From an uncultured virus (IMG/VR IMGVR_UViG_3300044631_001772) (Duplodnaviria; Heunggongvirae; Uroviricota; Caudoviricetes): a DNA stretch of 20,000 nucleotides. This document shows, piece by piece, positions 1 to 7,390 of the stretch. The position numbers and the translations under genes are program-made. Each line of letters starts with the position of its first letter. The first letter of the stretch is position 1. The notes beneath the pieces are model-generated. The model was not told where the DNA came from, made no database searches, and saw nothing but the letters and a program-made list of their open reading frames with translations. The DNA is taken from the IMG/VR virus record IMGVR_UViG_3300044631_001772, positions 53,980 to 73,979 of that record, one strand, 5' to 3'.

Positions 1-1
1 A

Positions 2-1189
2 ATTCGTGAGAAAAAAGACCAGATTAAATCTCTTGAACTTAAGAAAGAAACTCTTAAGGATAAGATGAAGATGCAACAGAGTTTCATTGAGGAACTTGAA
101 AATCGTGGTAATGCCAATATCAATGCCAATAAAGAAAAGATTGTCAATTTAGATGCAGAAGTTGGCATTTATATGACCGAAAGTGCCAAAACCGAAGAGC
201 AGATTTTTACCTATACTAAAGAGCAGGAAGAACTCATTGGTGCCGATGATAAGTTAGTAAAACTAAACAATCTTAAGGGCAAAATATCACAGAAAGTATC
301 TGCTATTACCAAAGAACATAAGTTTTTCACAGAAAATACGGTCTGCCCCACTTGCACTCAAACAATTGAAGAAGAGTTTAGGTTAAATAGAATTGTACAC
401 GCTCAAAATAAAGCAAAGGAACTCCAGAAAGGTTTTCAAGAACTTGAGGAGACTATAAAGTTAGAACAAGAACGAGAGCGTCAATTCGCAGTTCTATCCA
501 AGGAGATTACGAAACTCAACCATGAGATTTCTCAAAACAATACTCGCATTTCACTCAACCAGAGACAAATCCGAGACCTTGAATCTGAAATTCAAACTAT
601 TACCCAAAACCTTGCAAACAGAAATACTGAGCATGAGAAGTTAGAAGAATTTCAAACCAATCTCCAAAAAACATTCGAAGACCTTTCAAAGAAAAAAGAA
701 GAAATCGTTTATTACGATTTTGCCTATTCCTTACTCAAGGACGATGGCGTTAAAACGAAGATAATCAAGAAGTATCTTCCGTTTATAAATCAGCAGGTGA
801 ATCGTTATCTTCAGATGATGGATTTTTATATTAATTTTGAATTGGATTCTGAATTTAATGAGAGTGTTAAGTCACCTATTCATGAAGATTTCTCATACTC
901 TTCATTTTCTGAAGGTGAAAAGGCAAGAATTGATTTGAGTTTGCTGTTTGCTTGGCGTGAAGTTGCAAGAGTCAAAAACTCCGTAAATTGCAATATTCTT
1001 TTATTTGACGAAGTTTTTGACTCTTCTCTTGATGGTTTTGGTGCGGATGAATTTTTAAAAATTATTAGATATGTGGTTAAAGATACTAATGTTTTTGTAA
1101 TTTCTCATAAAACAGACCTTCAAGATAAGTTTGATACGACTCTAAAATTTGAAAAGAAAAAAGGATTTTCTTATAAAACTGAATTATAA
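2..1189 (+). CDS. gp46: Recombination endonuclease ATPase subunit gp46 (SbcC/Rad50-like), 5' truncated by the window edge
   Basis: Frame is open from position 2 (IREKKDQIKS...). It has a coiled coil, a CPTC zinc hook, the signature SFSEGEKARIDL, Walker B/D-loop LLFDEVFDSSLD and H-loop VISH. Confidence 0.96.
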   Translation: MREKKDQIKSLELKKETLKDKMKMQQSFIEELENRGNANINANKEKIVNLDAEVGIYMTESAKTEEQIFTYTKEQEELIGADDKLVKLNNLKGKISQKVSAITKEHKFFTENTVCPTCTQTIEEEFRLNRIVHAQNKAKELQKGFQELEETIKLEQERERQFAVLSKEITKLNHEISQNNTRISLNQRQIRDLESEIQTITQNLANRNTEHEKLEEFQTNLQKTFEDLSKKKEEIVYYDFAYSLLKDDGVKTKIIKKYLPFINQQVNRYLQMMDFYINFELDSEFNESVKSPIHEDFSYSSFSEGEKARIDLSLLFAWREVARVKNSVNCNILLFDEVFDSSLDGFGADEFLKIIRYVVKDTNVFVISHKTDLQDKFDTTLKFEKKKGFSYKTEL

Positions 1190-1191
1190 GA

Positions 1192-1240
1192 CACTTTCTC
1201 AACTGGACTCCTTGACTTCCGTAAATACAGATAGTAATCT
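1192..1240 (+). promoter_or_regulatory. Sigma70-type early promoter with upstream palindromic element
   Basis: TTGACT (1212-1217), 17 bp spacer, TAATCT (1235-1240). CACTT-TCTC-AACTG lies at 1192-1205. Confidence 0.65.
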
Positions 1241-1261
1241 GTCCTCACAAGCACAAGACTA

Positions 1262-1396
1262 ATGCAAGTCCCCAACCGCTACCATCATTCTAAAAAGGAG
1301 CAGAAGCGGAAACTGAAACCGCAAGCACTTCGACAAGCAAAGGCACGACGCCAAGCACTCAAGAAAAAGCACTCCGAAAGGGGTGTTTTTTTATAA
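1262..1396 (+). CDS. Small very basic protein (44 aa), MQVPNRYHHSKKEQKRKLKPQALRQAKARRQALKKKHSERGVFL; not in the ORF track
   Basis: Translated by hand: ATG 1262 to TAA 1394-1396. It sits directly behind a sigma70-like promoter and fills the intergenic gap. Confidence 0.75.
   Translation: MQVPNRYHHSKKEQKRKLKPQALRQAKARRQALKKKHSERGVFL
1369..1392 (+). terminator. Intrinsic terminator inside the 3' end of the 44-aa ORF
   Basis: GCACTCC-GAAA-GGGGTG stem with a GNRA loop, followed by T7 (1386-1392). Confidence 0.8.
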
Positions 1397-1399
1397 ATA
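1392..1399 (+). promoter_or_regulatory. T4-type late promoter (gp55 sigma)
   Basis: Exact TATAAATA starting 27 nt before the ATG at 1419. Confidence 0.85.
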
Positions 1400-1418
1400 A
1401 CTCAAAAGTACTTGAAAG

Positions 1419-2312
1419 ATGAAAGTGAAAGAATATCTAGAATTAGTTGAGGCATATCAAAAAGTTTATGAACAACAAATTGGAGTTCCTTTAAAAGAAC
1501 CAACTGATCGTGCTGCAAAGGATCAACTTGAAAAAATGATACCCAAAGGAGAAAAGGTTCACACATTCAAGGGTGGGCTGCAAAAAGCACATTATGAACT
1601 AGAAGGTGAAGTTCTTGATGAAGATCTTTATGATGAAGTTTTAGATTATCTTATTAATGAGGGATGTACTTTAGAAGAATCAAACTATATTATGTCTTAC
1701 GTTGTGGAACAAGGAATGAATCCACAGGAAGTAATTGGTAGAGGAATTGCAAATATTCTTGGATTTGATAAACCACATCCAACTCAGGTTTTTGCCCAAG
1801 GATTGAGAAAAATGCTCTATCCAAATAAACCAAAAGAAGTTAAAGCTCCTAAAGCACCTGCTCCTAAAATAACAAAAACTGCTTCTCCAGCAGCAAAACC
1901 ACCAGCACCAACAAAACCAAATCCATATAGACCTGGTGCTACAGTTAGAGCAACTGGACCAAATATGGATAAGTTTCCAGAACTTCAACGATTTGCTGGA
2001 CAGGCAAGAAAAGTTGCTGAACCAGTTGCTAAAACTGCTGGTGCCGTTTCTGCGCTAAGAAATATTGCCAGTTCTGGTCGTGTTGGTGCTGCTGCTCCTG
2101 CTGCTGCTGTAATGGCACCCAAACCAGTTGGTGATGCCACATTAACTGGTGCTCTTAAGAGAGGAGATTATAAACCAAAACAAGGACCAAAAAATCCAGA
2201 TCAAGGTTTGACTAGAGCACAGTCTTTTGATAAGGCATATAAAACAGCAAAACAGAAGAGTGGAATGGGTTCTACTTTTACTTGGAACAACAAATCTTAT
2301 AAGGTTGCTTAA
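1419..2312 (+). CDS. Hypothetical late protein with acidic N-terminal part and Pro/Ala/Lys-rich basic C-terminal part; possible virion internal protein
   Basis: 297-aa ORF after a late promoter. It shares the LxEAYQxVY and D(L/M)(Y/F)..(V/I)L..L..EG motifs with the next ORF. Confidence 0.8.
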   Translation: MKVKEYLELVEAYQKVYEQQIGVPLKEPTDRAAKDQLEKMIPKGEKVHTFKGGLQKAHYELEGEVLDEDLYDEVLDYLINEGCTLEESNYIMSYVVEQGMNPQEVIGRGIANILGFDKPHPTQVFAQGLRKMLYPNKPKEVKAPKAPAPKITKTASPAAKPPAPTKPNPYRPGATVRATGPNMDKFPELQRFAGQARKVAEPVAKTAGAVSALRNIASSGRVGAAAPAAAVMAPKPVGDATLTGALKRGDYKPKQGPKNPDQGLTRAQSFDKAYKTAKQKSGMGSTFTWNNKSYKVA

Positions 2313-2313
2313 T

Positions 2314-2321
2314 TATAAATA
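2314..2321 (+). promoter_or_regulatory. T4-type late promoter
   Basis: Exact TATAAATA starting 27 nt before the ATG at 2341. Confidence 0.85.
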
Positions 2322-2340
2322 ACTAAAAAGTAGTTGTAAG

Positions 2341-2910
2341 ATGAACTCAAAAGAACTTCGTGCCCTTCAAGAAGCCTATCAGCAAGTTTATTCTTCTCAA
2401 GAGGAAGTAGAGCAACTTGATGAAGGTAGAACAACGAGTCTCAGTGCTCTTTCACGTGAATCTCAAAAGCGTAAAGAAGATAAGGAAAGAGGAAGACCAG
2501 AAACTAAGTCTGAAACTCACGGCAGATTAATGTTGGGTAAATTCCGTCCAGGAGCTTCTAAAGAGGAGAGAGCAGAAGGTGGTCGTGAGAGACTTAGAGA
2601 TAGGGGAAAAGTTCCTAAAAAAGGCGGTAAAGATATGTTTGAGCATATCTTGGAGCACCTAGTTGCCGAAGGTTATGCTGACACCAACAATGCAGCACTT
2701 GCTATTATGGCAAACATGAGTGAAGAGTGGAGGCAGAGTATTATTGAGCAAACCGCAAGAATTGATTATGTTCAGGATAAATTTAATCGTCAAAATGCTG
2801 AAAAATCTGGATCAGGTCTTACTTATATTCCAGGAAAACAAAATGCTGGACAAGCATTACAAAAGGCCAAAGAGTCTGCAAGACAAATGGGAAAACTTGA
2901 AGGTGCGTGA
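2341..2910 (+). CDS. Hypothetical late protein with motifs paralogous to 1419..2312; possible virion internal protein
   Basis: 189-aa ORF with N-terminal MNSKELRALQEAYQQVY and internal DMFEHILEHLVAEGYADTNNAALAIMANMSEEW. Confidence 0.8.
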   Translation: MNSKELRALQEAYQQVYSSQEEVEQLDEGRTTSLSALSRESQKRKEDKERGRPETKSETHGRLMLGKFRPGASKEERAEGGRERLRDRGKVPKKGGKDMFEHILEHLVAEGYADTNNAALAIMANMSEEWRQSIIEQTARIDYVQDKFNRQNAEKSGSGLTYIPGKQNAGQALQKAKESARQMGKLEGA

Positions 2911-2933
2911 GTCCACTTTTTAAACTGGTACAT

Positions 2934-2960
2934 AAGAGGGTTTCACCACCCTCTTTTTTT
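2934..2960 (+). terminator. Intrinsic terminator after the late gene pair
   Basis: AAGAGGG-TTTCACCA-CCCTCTT followed by a T run. Confidence 0.85.
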
Positions 2961-2961
2961 G

Positions 2962-2972
2962 TATGATAAATA
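2962..2972 (+). promoter_or_regulatory. Overlapping -10 box (TATGAT) and late-type promoter (GATAAATA)
   Basis: TATGAT at 2962-2967 starts 39 bp after the AACTG of the palindrome at 2914-2927. GATAAATA is at 2965-2972. Confidence 0.5.
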
Positions 2973-3009
2973 GTTGAACCTAATACGACGGCAATCTGTT
3001 AGGATGGTT

Positions 3010-3031
3010 AAGGCACTTTCGGGTGCCTTTT
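3010..3031 (+). terminator. UUCG-tetraloop hairpin, probably a weak terminator
   Basis: AAGGCACT-TTCG-GGTGCCTT-TT; the T tract is only 4 nt. Confidence 0.65.
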
Positions 3032-3035
3032 CCTG

Positions 3036-3043
3036 TATAAATA
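3036..3043 (+). promoter_or_regulatory. T4-type late promoter for the endonuclease gene
   Basis: Exact TATAAATA upstream of the ATG at 3068. Confidence 0.85.
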
Positions 3044-3067
3044 CTTATGCCGTTGTATTAGAGTAGG

Positions 3068-3787
3068 ATGAAAAATCCAAAAAGATTTTATACTTACGCT
3101 TATTTGCGTAAAGATGGAACTCCTTATTATATTGGTAAGGGCCAAAGAGATAGGGCATATAGTAAAAATCACATCAATATTTTTGTTCCACCAAAAGAAC
3201 GGATTTTGTTTTTAAAGAAAAATCTTTTAGAAGAAGAGGCATTTAATCACGAAAAGTATATGATTGCTGTTTTTGGTAGAAAAGATTTGGGGACAGGTAT
3301 TCTGCATAATAGGACAGAAGGTGGTGATGGAACATCAAATATAAGTGATATTACAAAGGAAAAAATGAGACAAAAAAAACTTGGTAAGTCCCTATCTCAA
3401 AAACATAGAGAAAAATTGAGTAAAGTTAGAAAGGGAAATAAAAGATGGAATAATGGTATAAAAGAAAAACTTTGTAAAGAATGTCCTGGTGATGGTTGGG
3501 TTCTTGGAAGAATTATATCAAACAAAGTAGGTGTTGAATATGGTAAATGGAATATTGGTAGAAAAGCAACACCAGAAACTTTAAAAAAACTTTCTAATAG
3601 AAGTATAAAATATGAATATACAATTCAAAGTCCTGATGAAAATATTTTCATTACTAATAATATGAAAAAATTTTGTGAAGAACATAATTTAACTGCTCGT
3701 TTAATGACTTCTGTTGCTCGTGGTAAGTATACAAACCATAAGGGTTGGAAGGTTGTGACAGTTGAGGAACTGGATAAAAAGGTGTGA
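3068..3787 (+). CDS. Free-standing GIY-YIG-type homing endonuclease with NUMOD3-like DNA-binding repeats
   Basis: FYTYAY...PYYIGKG..R nuclease motif, then HEK and LHNRTEGGDG. NUMOD3-like segments SDITKEKMRQKKLGKSLSQKHREKLS and GRKATPETLKKLS. AT-rich, with its own late promoter. Confidence 0.85.
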   Translation: MKNPKRFYTYAYLRKDGTPYYIGKGQRDRAYSKNHINIFVPPKERILFLKKNLLEEEAFNHEKYMIAVFGRKDLGTGILHNRTEGGDGTSNISDITKEKMRQKKLGKSLSQKHREKLSKVRKGNKRWNNGIKEKLCKECPGDGWVLGRIISNKVGVEYGKWNIGRKATPETLKKLSNRSIKYEYTIQSPDENIFITNNMKKFCEEHNLTARLMTSVARGKYTNHKGWKVVTVEELDKKV

Positions 3788-3811
3788 AGCGTTTTAAAGT
3801 TACCGTATAAT
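3759..3811 (+). promoter_or_regulatory. Promoter for the cobT-like gene: palindrome plus perfect -10
   Basis: CAGTT-GAGG-AACTG at 3759-3772 (inside the endonuclease 3' end) and TATAAT at 3806-3811. No good -35 is visible. Confidence 0.65.
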
Positions 3812-3834
3812 ACTCACATATCGCACACAACCAA

Positions 3835-5982
3835 ATGTCCGTTAAGTTTGAAGTCAAAGGGTCCCTTGCTCGTTTATTGGCGACGGAGGACCTTGTGGTG
3901 GAACATAAAAAGGTAGAAACTGCTTGTTTTAATGTCCATACAAGGGTATTGACCTTACCTATGTGGGAAAAAGCGAGTGATAATATTTACACCATGCTTG
4001 TCCTGCACGAAATTAGCCATGCCCTTTGGACCCCAAATTATGATTGGACTAAAGAATGTAAAGTCCCAGCGACTTTTGTAAATATTTGTGAGGATGTGCG
4101 TGTAGAAAAACTTTGTAAAAGAAAATATCCAGGTTCTCCTAAAAGTTTTTATAGTGGTTACAAGGAACTTGCCGATGATGACTTCTTTCAAATCAAAGAT
4201 GATAATGTAGAAACTTATAACCTTGCTGACCGTGCAAACCTGTGGTTCAAGATTGGCAATTATGTTGATGTGCCGATTGAGCGTGGTGAAGAGACTGAGA
4301 TTATCAAACTGATTGCTAATACTGAGACCTTTGCTGATGTGTTAATTGCTGCAGAAGCATTGTATAAGTATTGTAAGCAAAAGCAACAGGAAGAAACCAA
4401 GACTTCTCTGGATAGTCTTGAGTTGCAACAAAGTGGTGCCGATAATCAACCTGCTTCTGATTTTAGTGATCAGGAGCAAGGTGAGAGCGATCAACCTGAA
4501 ACTGAGGGTTCTGATCGTGCTTCCTCTTCTGAAGAAAATTCTCAGCAACAGCAACCTACGAATGAAGGTGGTGAGAAGAATGAGGAACCTGAAGTCAAAA
4601 CGATGGAGTCTCTTGAAGAGGCACTGAAAGAACTCGTCGGTACTAACCCTTATGAGAATGTTTATCTTGAACTGCCTCAACTTGATTTGACTAAAGTTAT
4701 TGTTCCCAATCAAGAGATTCATTCCAAGTGTAAAGAATCTTGGGATGACTTTCTTACAAGAAATGATTATAAGTATGAGAATATCTTTGGTGAAGTTGAT
4801 AAGCAGTATTTTGAATTCAAGCGTTCTGCTCAAAAGGAAGTCAACTATCTGGTGAAAGAGTTTGAGTGTCGCAAGGCAGCAGATTCCTATGCACGTGCAT
4901 CAACTGCCCGTACTGGCGTTCTGGACTGCTCCAAACTGCACACTTACAAGTATAATGAAGATATCTTCAGGAAGGTTACAACTCTTGCTGATGGTAAGAA
5001 TCATGGTCTGGTGTTCGTTCTAGACTGGTCTGGTTCTATGTCCAATGTGATGCTGGATACTGCCAAACAACTCTTCAATCTTATTTGGTTTTGTAAAAAA
5101 GTTGCGATTCCGTTTGAGGTCTATGCCTTCACCACTGATTATCCTCTTGTAAAGTATGATGTAGATGGTAAGGCAAACATTCGTGAACTTGCCTACAAGA
5201 AGAAAGATGGTCTTGTTCAGGTGGGTGAATGGTTCTCTATGATGAATCTTCTCACCAGCAAAGTGAATTCAAACACTCTGGAGGAGCAGATGAAAAATAT
5301 CTTTCGTCTTGCTAAGTCATTCTCTTATAATTCTCACTGCTACTATTCTACTCCTCTTGGAATGGGACTTTCAGGCACTCCCCTGAATGAGGCACTGATT
5401 TCTCTTCACCAGATTCTGCCTAAGTTCCAGAAGGAGAACAAACTGCAGAAAGTTCAGTGTGTGGTTTTGACTGATGGTGAGGGTTGCCTTGTGAAATATC
5501 ATCGTGAGGTTCAACGCCGCTGGGAGGATAACCCCTTTATGGGCACTGCTCATATTGGATCTAATGCCTTTCTTCGCGATCGTAAGACTGGAATGACCTA
5601 TTCTTGTGACTATGAGCATCAGGATTTCACTGAGGTTCTTCTTCACAATTTGCGGGACAAGTTTATTGATATTAACTTTATTGGTATTCGTGTTCTTGAA
5701 TCTCGTGATGCTGGCGCTTTTATTCGTCGCTACTGTGGATATTATGGTTCTGAGTATGATAAGGTAACGAACGCTTGGAAAAAAGAGAAAGCATTTATTC
5801 TTAAGAATTCTGGTTATCATTCCTACTTCGGTCTGTCTGCAAACACTCTTTCTCAGGAATCTGAGTTTGCTGTTGCTGAGGATGCAACAAAGGCACAAAT
5901 TAAATCCGCATTTGTGAAAAGTCTTAAAACTAAAAAAATGAATAAGAAAATTTTGGGTGAGTTTGTGGAACTTGTTGCTTGA
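3835..5982 (+). CDS. cobT: CobT-like protein: N-terminal HEXXH metallopeptidase-like domain, acidic linker, C-terminal vWA domain
   Basis: LHEISH motif, E/Q/S-rich linker, MIDAS motifs VLDWSGSM, SGTPL and VLTDGEG. Sits next to a cobS-like ATPase, as in T4-like cyanophages. Confidence 0.88.
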   Translation: MSVKFEVKGSLARLLATEDLVVEHKKVETACFNVHTRVLTLPMWEKASDNIYTMLVLHEISHALWTPNYDWTKECKVPATFVNICEDVRVEKLCKRKYPGSPKSFYSGYKELADDDFFQIKDDNVETYNLADRANLWFKIGNYVDVPIERGEETEIIKLIANTETFADVLIAAEALYKYCKQKQQEETKTSLDSLELQQSGADNQPASDFSDQEQGESDQPETEGSDRASSSEENSQQQQPTNEGGEKNEEPEVKTMESLEEALKELVGTNPYENVYLELPQLDLTKVIVPNQEIHSKCKESWDDFLTRNDYKYENIFGEVDKQYFEFKRSAQKEVNYLVKEFECRKAADSYARASTARTGVLDCSKLHTYKYNEDIFRKVTTLADGKNHGLVFVLDWSGSMSNVMLDTAKQLFNLIWFCKKVAIPFEVYAFTTDYPLVKYDVDGKANIRELAYKKKDGLVQVGEWFSMMNLLTSKVNSNTLEEQMKNIFRLAKSFSYNSHCYYSTPLGMGLSGTPLNEALISLHQILPKFQKENKLQKVQCVVLTDGEGCLVKYHREVQRRWEDNPFMGTAHIGSNAFLRDRKTGMTYSCDYEHQDFTEVLLHNLRDKFIDINFIGIRVLESRDAGAFIRRYCGYYGSEYDKVTNAWKKEKAFILKNSGYHSYFGLSANTLSQESEFAVAEDATKAQIKSAFVKSLKTKKMNKKILGEFVELVA

Positions 5983-5988
5983 TAAATA
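5981..5988 (+). promoter_or_regulatory. Late-type promoter variant
   Basis: GATAAATA overlaps the cobT stop codon and precedes the small ORF at 6013. Confidence 0.55.
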
Positions 5989-6012
5989 CTTTCAAGAATT
6001 ATACTAGGTCTA

Positions 6013-6147
6013 ATGAGTAGATTTACAGATTTACTTCAGGAAACACCCCCAGAAGTAACACCAGAACCAGAAGTAAAATCAGAATCGGTCAAGGTTGAAG
6101 AAGTTGTTGTTGAAAAACCGACAAAAGCAACTAAAAAGAAAAGTTAA
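6013..6147 (+). CDS. Small hypothetical protein (44 aa), MSRFTDLLQETPPEVTPEPEVKSESVKVEEVVVEKPTKATKKKS; not in the ORF track
   Basis: Translated by hand: ATG 6013 to TAA 6145-6147. Flanked by a late-type promoter and a terminator. Confidence 0.7.
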   Translation: MSRFTDLLQETPPEVTPEPEVKSESVKVEEVVVEKPTKATKKKS

Positions 6148-6166
6148 CAATGAACCTTACCTGAAC

Positions 6167-6221
6167 CACTTTTCAAACTGTCACAAGGGGCACTTGGTTG
6201 CCCCTTTTTTGTGTGTATAAT
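6167..6221 (+). promoter_or_regulatory. Promoter for the cobS-like gene: palindrome plus perfect -10, overlapping the terminator
   Basis: CACTT-TTCA-AACTGTCAC at 6167-6184 and TATAAT at 6216-6221. Confidence 0.65.
6185..6210 (+). terminator. Intrinsic terminator
   Basis: AAGGGGCA-CTTGGT-TGCCCCTT-TTTT. Confidence 0.85.
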
Positions 6222-6253
6222 AAGTCTGTTGAAACAAACCACCTAACTACATT

Positions 6254-7384
6254 ATGTCTCGCAAGTCCTCTGTGAACGACGCTCAACTGATTGAATCCAT
6301 CAAAGAACTTTATGGTTCCGAAATTACTTCTGGTGACCTGAAAGGTTTCTGTGCTTCTCGTAGTCTCAACTACCAGACTGTGACTCGTCGTTTGGAGCAA
6401 TTCAAGACTTCTCGTGGTCGTTGGAATCTGGAAGTGACTCAAGAACGTGTAGAAGAGATTGAACGTTCTTATCAAGCACCTCCCGCACTTCCTGCCGTGG
6501 AACAAAACCTGATCCCTGATAAAGATGATACCTTCGTCAAGTTTGGTAATTTTAACGATATTAAGAAAATTATTTCTTCCAATCTTTTTTATCCAACGTT
6601 CATTACGGGTCTTTCGGGTAATGGTAAAACGTTCAGTATTGAGCAAGCGTGTGCTCAACTTAAGCGTGAACTGATTCGTGTCAACATCACCATTGAGACT
6701 GATGAGGATGATTTGATTGGTGGTTTCCGTCTTGTGAATGGTGAAACTGCCTGGCATAACGGTCCTGTGATTGAGGCACTGGAACGTGGTGCAATCCTTC
6801 TGCTGGATGAGATTGACCTTGCTTCTAACAAGATTCTGTGTCTTCAATCTGTTCTGGAAGGTAAGGGTGTCTTCCTCAAGAAAATCGGCAAGTTCGTCAA
6901 ACCTGCTGCTGGATTCAACGTATTCGCCACTGCAAACACCAAGGGCAAGGGCAGCGATGATGGGCGCTTCATTGGCACCAACGTGCTCAACGAGGCGTTT
7001 CTAGAGCGTTTCCCTGTGACTCTGGAGCAGTCCTATCCTGCTCCTGCTACTGAGCAGAAGATTCTGGAAGGCATCGCTCTGGACCTTGGGATGGAGGATC
7101 GTGACTTCTGCAAGCGTCTGGTGGATTGGGGTGATATTATCCGCAAGACCTTCTATGATGGTGGTATTGAGGAAATCATCAGCACCCGTCGTCTGGTTCA
7201 TATCATTCGTGCTTACAGCATCTTCAACGATAAGGCAAAGGCAATTCAAGTCTGTGTGAATCGTTTTGATGAAGAAACCAAGACTGCTTTCCTTGAACTG
7301 TATGATAAGGTGGATGCTGATTTTGTGATGCCTTCACAACCTGAATTGACTGTAGAATACATTGACTATCCTCCTCAAATTTGA
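6254..7384 (+). CDS. cobS: CobS-like / MoxR-type AAA+ ATPase
   Basis: Walker A GLSGNGKT, Walker B LLLDEID, sensor ATANTKGKG, and NEAFLERF. Confidence 0.92.
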   Translation: MSRKSSVNDAQLIESIKELYGSEITSGDLKGFCASRSLNYQTVTRRLEQFKTSRGRWNLEVTQERVEEIERSYQAPPALPAVEQNLIPDKDDTFVKFGNFNDIKKIISSNLFYPTFITGLSGNGKTFSIEQACAQLKRELIRVNITIETDEDDLIGGFRLVNGETAWHNGPVIEALERGAILLLDEIDLASNKILCLQSVLEGKGVFLKKIGKFVKPAAGFNVFATANTKGKGSDDGRFIGTNVLNEAFLERFPVTLEQSYPAPATEQKILEGIALDLGMEDRDFCKRLVDWGDIIRKTFYDGGIEEIISTRRLVHIIRAYSIFNDKAKAIQVCVNRFDEETKTAFLELYDKVDADFVMPSQPELTVEYIDYPPQI

Positions 7385-7390
7385 TATAAT
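7362..7390 (+). promoter_or_regulatory. Near-consensus sigma70 promoter for the DUF3310-gp45 unit
   Basis: TTGACT (7362-7367), 17 bp spacer, extended -10 TGaTATAAT (TATAAT at 7385-7390). Confidence 0.85.

Noticed and set aside
1825..2125. Short repeats (GCTCCTAAA, GCTGCT runs) as a possible repeat array or CRISPR
   Set aside because: They are explained by Pro/Ala/Lys low-complexity coding sequence. There is no regular repeat-spacer periodicity anywhere in the window.
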